A DNA stretch of 64,000 nucleotides from contig NW_003314336.1 of NCBI RefSeq assembly GCF_000143415.4, forward strand, positions 51,296 to 115,295, written 5' to 3'. This DNA comes from Selaginella moellendorffii. Lineage: Eukaryota > Plantae > Lycopodiophyta. The position numbers and the translations under genes are program-made. Shown one piece after another: positions 60,682 to 64,000 of the stretch. Each line of letters starts with the position of its first letter. Positions within the stretch are counted from its first letter, which is position 1. Below the pieces are notes generated by a model that was not told where the DNA came from, searched no databases, and was given only the letters and a program-made list of their open reading frames with translations.

Positions 60682-63600
60682 AAGCTCTATTTCGTTAAAG
60701 TGGGATTTATTCAGTAAAATGGGACTAGGTACAAATTTTCAAGTATTTGAAAATGACGTGAAATTATATGTTTTTTGTCCAGGGGCTAGACATATCTGGG
60801 GCATGGTGACTAGCGCGGTGACTTTGTGTCCAGACTGAGTCCATCTGGTTGTATAATAAATCTCATTGTCAAGGTGAACAAGCCAAATCTGAAGCTAAAG
60901 AAGAGCGATGGCATGCGCGCACACACTATTTGTTTGTTCATTGAGCGTGTGGTGAGCTTTCCAAGATGAACGTCATTCTTATTAGCCAAACATATAACTT
61001 AATGGTGAGAACATTTAGATATTATTCAATGTTATCTTTTTCTAACGAATCTAATTGTGAAGGTGTAGCAAGAGGCATTGCTAGTCTGGAGAAGTCATTT
61101 AACTCATTTGACCCTTAGTGTATTTTCATGAAACTAAATAACATTCATATTATTAAGGAATTTCTCTAGTACCTTTTTTTTACGACATAGAGGCTTGCAT
61201 TTCTTTCAAAGGTGATTTAGTAAAAGGCCTGAGGGCACATGCCATTCTATTTCTCAGACCGGTATTAAGATATACTAGTGCAAAGGGAAAAAGGTATTTG
61301 GTGATCAAGTAAATGGCATGAGGGCACACGCCATTATAAGCCTAAGTGCTAGTGGACACCTTCTTTTTGGTACTCTCAGCGGTACTATCATCCTTCTCTG
61401 GGTCAGTTGTTTTGCTTTGGATTGTTGTCTCTGACGTTACTGGGGCGTTCTCGATAGTTGTTAATGTTGCCGTTTGTTCAGAAAAATGATCACCTGAAGT
61501 ATAGTACGGGGAGTTTGGAAGACTTATATATTCTACATCTTCACCTATCTCCTTCTCCGTCTCCTTTTCTGCCTCACTTACAGATTTTGTGCTTGCCATG
61601 AGAACACTCTTCACCCTAAAATATGGAGTTCGTTGTGTTATAAAAGGAAACCAACACACACGCTGCAAGGGAATGATGGTACATAAAGCACGTAAGCCCA
61701 CAATATGGGTTTATGTGCCATTAATATGGGCCACACGCCATATTATTAGATTTATCCACGTGTGATTGGTAAATGCATATGTCACATCATCTTTGTTTTA
61801 CCTCACACACTATATCAGGCCTAATGAACCATATCACATGTGCGCACATGCTATATATATGGAGAAGTATTATGCAAGGATAGAAAAATTCAATGCATGA
61901 TTGTGGAGAGCAATGGCATGAAGCCACATGCTAAATAACATTTTAGAGAAAGAATTAAAATAGAAACATGCAAACAGTACTGAGTGGACCAAGACTTAGA
62001 AGTGCATAATTGAATGAGGTATTTCTAATAAATATTTCACTCACCTCATATAGGAATGGCTACCACTCTCAAATGGCGTATCGCCTCATGCCATCACCTC
62101 GCAATTTGTTATAACAATCCAATGAATTCATATTCGGCTTGTTCACCTTGAACTTTAAGTAAGATTTGCTAGAACAACTAAGAATTTATACTTGTTATTT
62201 GTATCATCTCACCTAGGAATGGCGTAAGGCCACATGCCATCACGCCTCCTCTGATTCAGATTCAGATTGTTCACCTTGAAATAAAATACATTAGAAACTT
62301 AGTAAAGGAATATTAATGAATCTCACCTTGAACTTGGGTTATGAATGCTCTTGCTGCATCTCTTGCATGGTCTGGCAAGGTGATAGTGGCACTCTGCTTC
62401 CGCATCCAACCATGCACAACATTATCCACCGATATGCTTATGCTGGGATCCCTTGGATTCAGCACCCATCTCTTTTCTAGGCAATCCTTCATATATCCGG
62501 AACTTAGCTTGAACCACTCCACAGTTACATTGAAGGAGTTAGTTTCTGCGTCCTCCTCTGCATCAGTGATGCAGCGCCCCACCCATATCATTTGTTTTTT
62601 ATTACTGGGTCTGACAAGCACGACCATTCCTTTGCAGACCTGTACTGGATTGAATGTTGAATCCGGCTTCTTGTTCCTCGGCCCACAATAGTGATCCTCA
62701 ACATCGTTATCTGTCACTGCATTTCCAGAGGATATTGTTCCGCTACTATCTGGTGCTCTGGGTTCTGGCCAAAAGGACTCTTCCAATTCTTCATATACAA
62801 CCGGCCCATTTTGGATAGCAAATATAATCTTCTCCCAGTATTCTAGCAAAGGCTTGCACCTCTTAAAATAGGATTCTCCACCAAACACCAACCCCCTCTT
62901 CCAGAAGGCAATATGCTATCTAATCCCGGCCACTATACTTTCCTGGTCTTTGAGTCCATCCGGGTGCATCGGCCGTGGGGAACCCTGAGGAATCATAGGT
63001 TCCCTAGTTATGGGATCTCTCTTGAAGAGTTCAATGCCGTCCACTGGCAGCCACACTGTATCCCATTCTCTCATCTTGTACCTCATCACTGGAGCACCGT
63101 CACGCATGCTGAAATGAAACTGAAGAGGCTTGGAGTGGCCAATCAGCGTTTCGAATCCGTCCCTGATGTAGCCTCTTACAAACCCCTTAAAGTCTGGAAC
63201 CTATGTCACAAGTGCAGCTTCAATAGTGCCTTTGATGCAATTTTGGAATTCATTGTAGAGTTGTGGGAGGGTGAGGACATTGGATCGCCGGAGGGACTCT
63301 GCCAGGTGGACCCATAGAGGTACAAAGAAGTTCCCATAGTTCTGGGCACCATGCCCATGAGCGATTATGCCAAACAGAGACACAGGCAGCTGCATGGATG
63401 AAGAGATTGCCTTGGGGGCAGGATTGAGTCGAGGTAAGCACGTCTTTTTCTGGTCCATTTTGTCGTGGATGATGCAGAGGTAAGACTCAGGTCTCTCCAT
63501 GGAGAGAATCCTGTTATGATAATATGTAGTCCTATAGCTTCTCTGCTCGATGTTGTGGTCGAGTCGCCTTCTAACCAACGTCTCTCGCTCTTGAGTGCTG

Positions 63601-64000
63601 CAAGAATTCTTCGACAAAGCCATTTTGATAGCAGTGCACTCGTCACACTTTGAAAAGCTGGAGTACTTTCCTATACTCACATCCCTGAACCTGTTGCTCC
63701 ACAATCTACTAAATCTAGATTGGCACAGCTTCTTGTAGCCATTACTCTGGAGTTCCCGATTCACATCTTCCAATATGGCCCCCTTGGTATACATGGAAGG
63801 GAGAACTCGTTGGGTGTCTCGTGTTCCATCTTCCAAGAGGCAGGTTTTATGTGGTTGCTGCTCGCTACATGTCTTGACAAACCTCTTGAAGATTGCCTCT
63901 CCATATACAACATGACCCTTGGTTTTGTGCGTACCGTCGCTCCCATGGACTGCCTGTTGAACCTTTTGTTCCTCGAACTCAGTTTTGATTCTGTAGAATG
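60682..64000. mobile_element. Second copy of the Sola-like transposon (runs off the window), with an internal deletion
   Basis: Starts AAGCTCTATTTCGTTAAAGTGGGA and is near-identical and colinear with 15627-19430. Palindromes at 60908, 61224, 61313, 61913, 62073 and 62219. Confidence 0.95.
62240..64000 (-). pseudogene. Transposase copy 2, lacking the segment with the second and third catalytic Asp
   Basis: The junction at 63308-63311 joins copy-1 position 18252 to 18741 with a 2-nt filler (FFVPLW-V-HLAESL). Confidence 0.88.

Overview
This is repeat-dense, heterochromatin-like DNA from a land plant. Evidence: TTTAGGG repeats, tRNA-iMet primer-binding sites (PBS) and spliceosomal micro-introns of 42-57 bp; such short introns suggest a Selaginella-like genome, which is inference only. 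I found no ordinary host gene. Most of the window is nested retroelements: a non-autonomous LTR family with a GAGATGGAGTCC minisatellite in its LTR (called family A here), smaller non-autonomous LTR elements (TRIM/LARD types), a Ty3/gypsy element and L1-type LINEs. The standout is a 13.2-kb DNA transposon with terminal inverted repeats (TIRs) at 15627-28862 (4-bp target-site duplication [TSD] CAAT, Sola-like DDD transposase); a second, internally deleted copy starts at 60682. It carries a divergently transcribed, multi-intron gene of about 1480 aa with a ParB/Srx-like N-terminal region and a C-terminal FCP1/NIF-type HAD phosphatase domain. About 27 copies of a 22-bp palindrome (ATGGCRTG-N6-CAYGCCAT) are spread along the element, in UTRs, introns and coding loops. 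The hypothesis is a ParB/parS-like self-recognition or anti-silencing system carried by a eukaryotic transposon. A second observation is that two LINEs appear to have inserted at the same site of family A. All domain calls come from reading motifs by eye; no searches were run.
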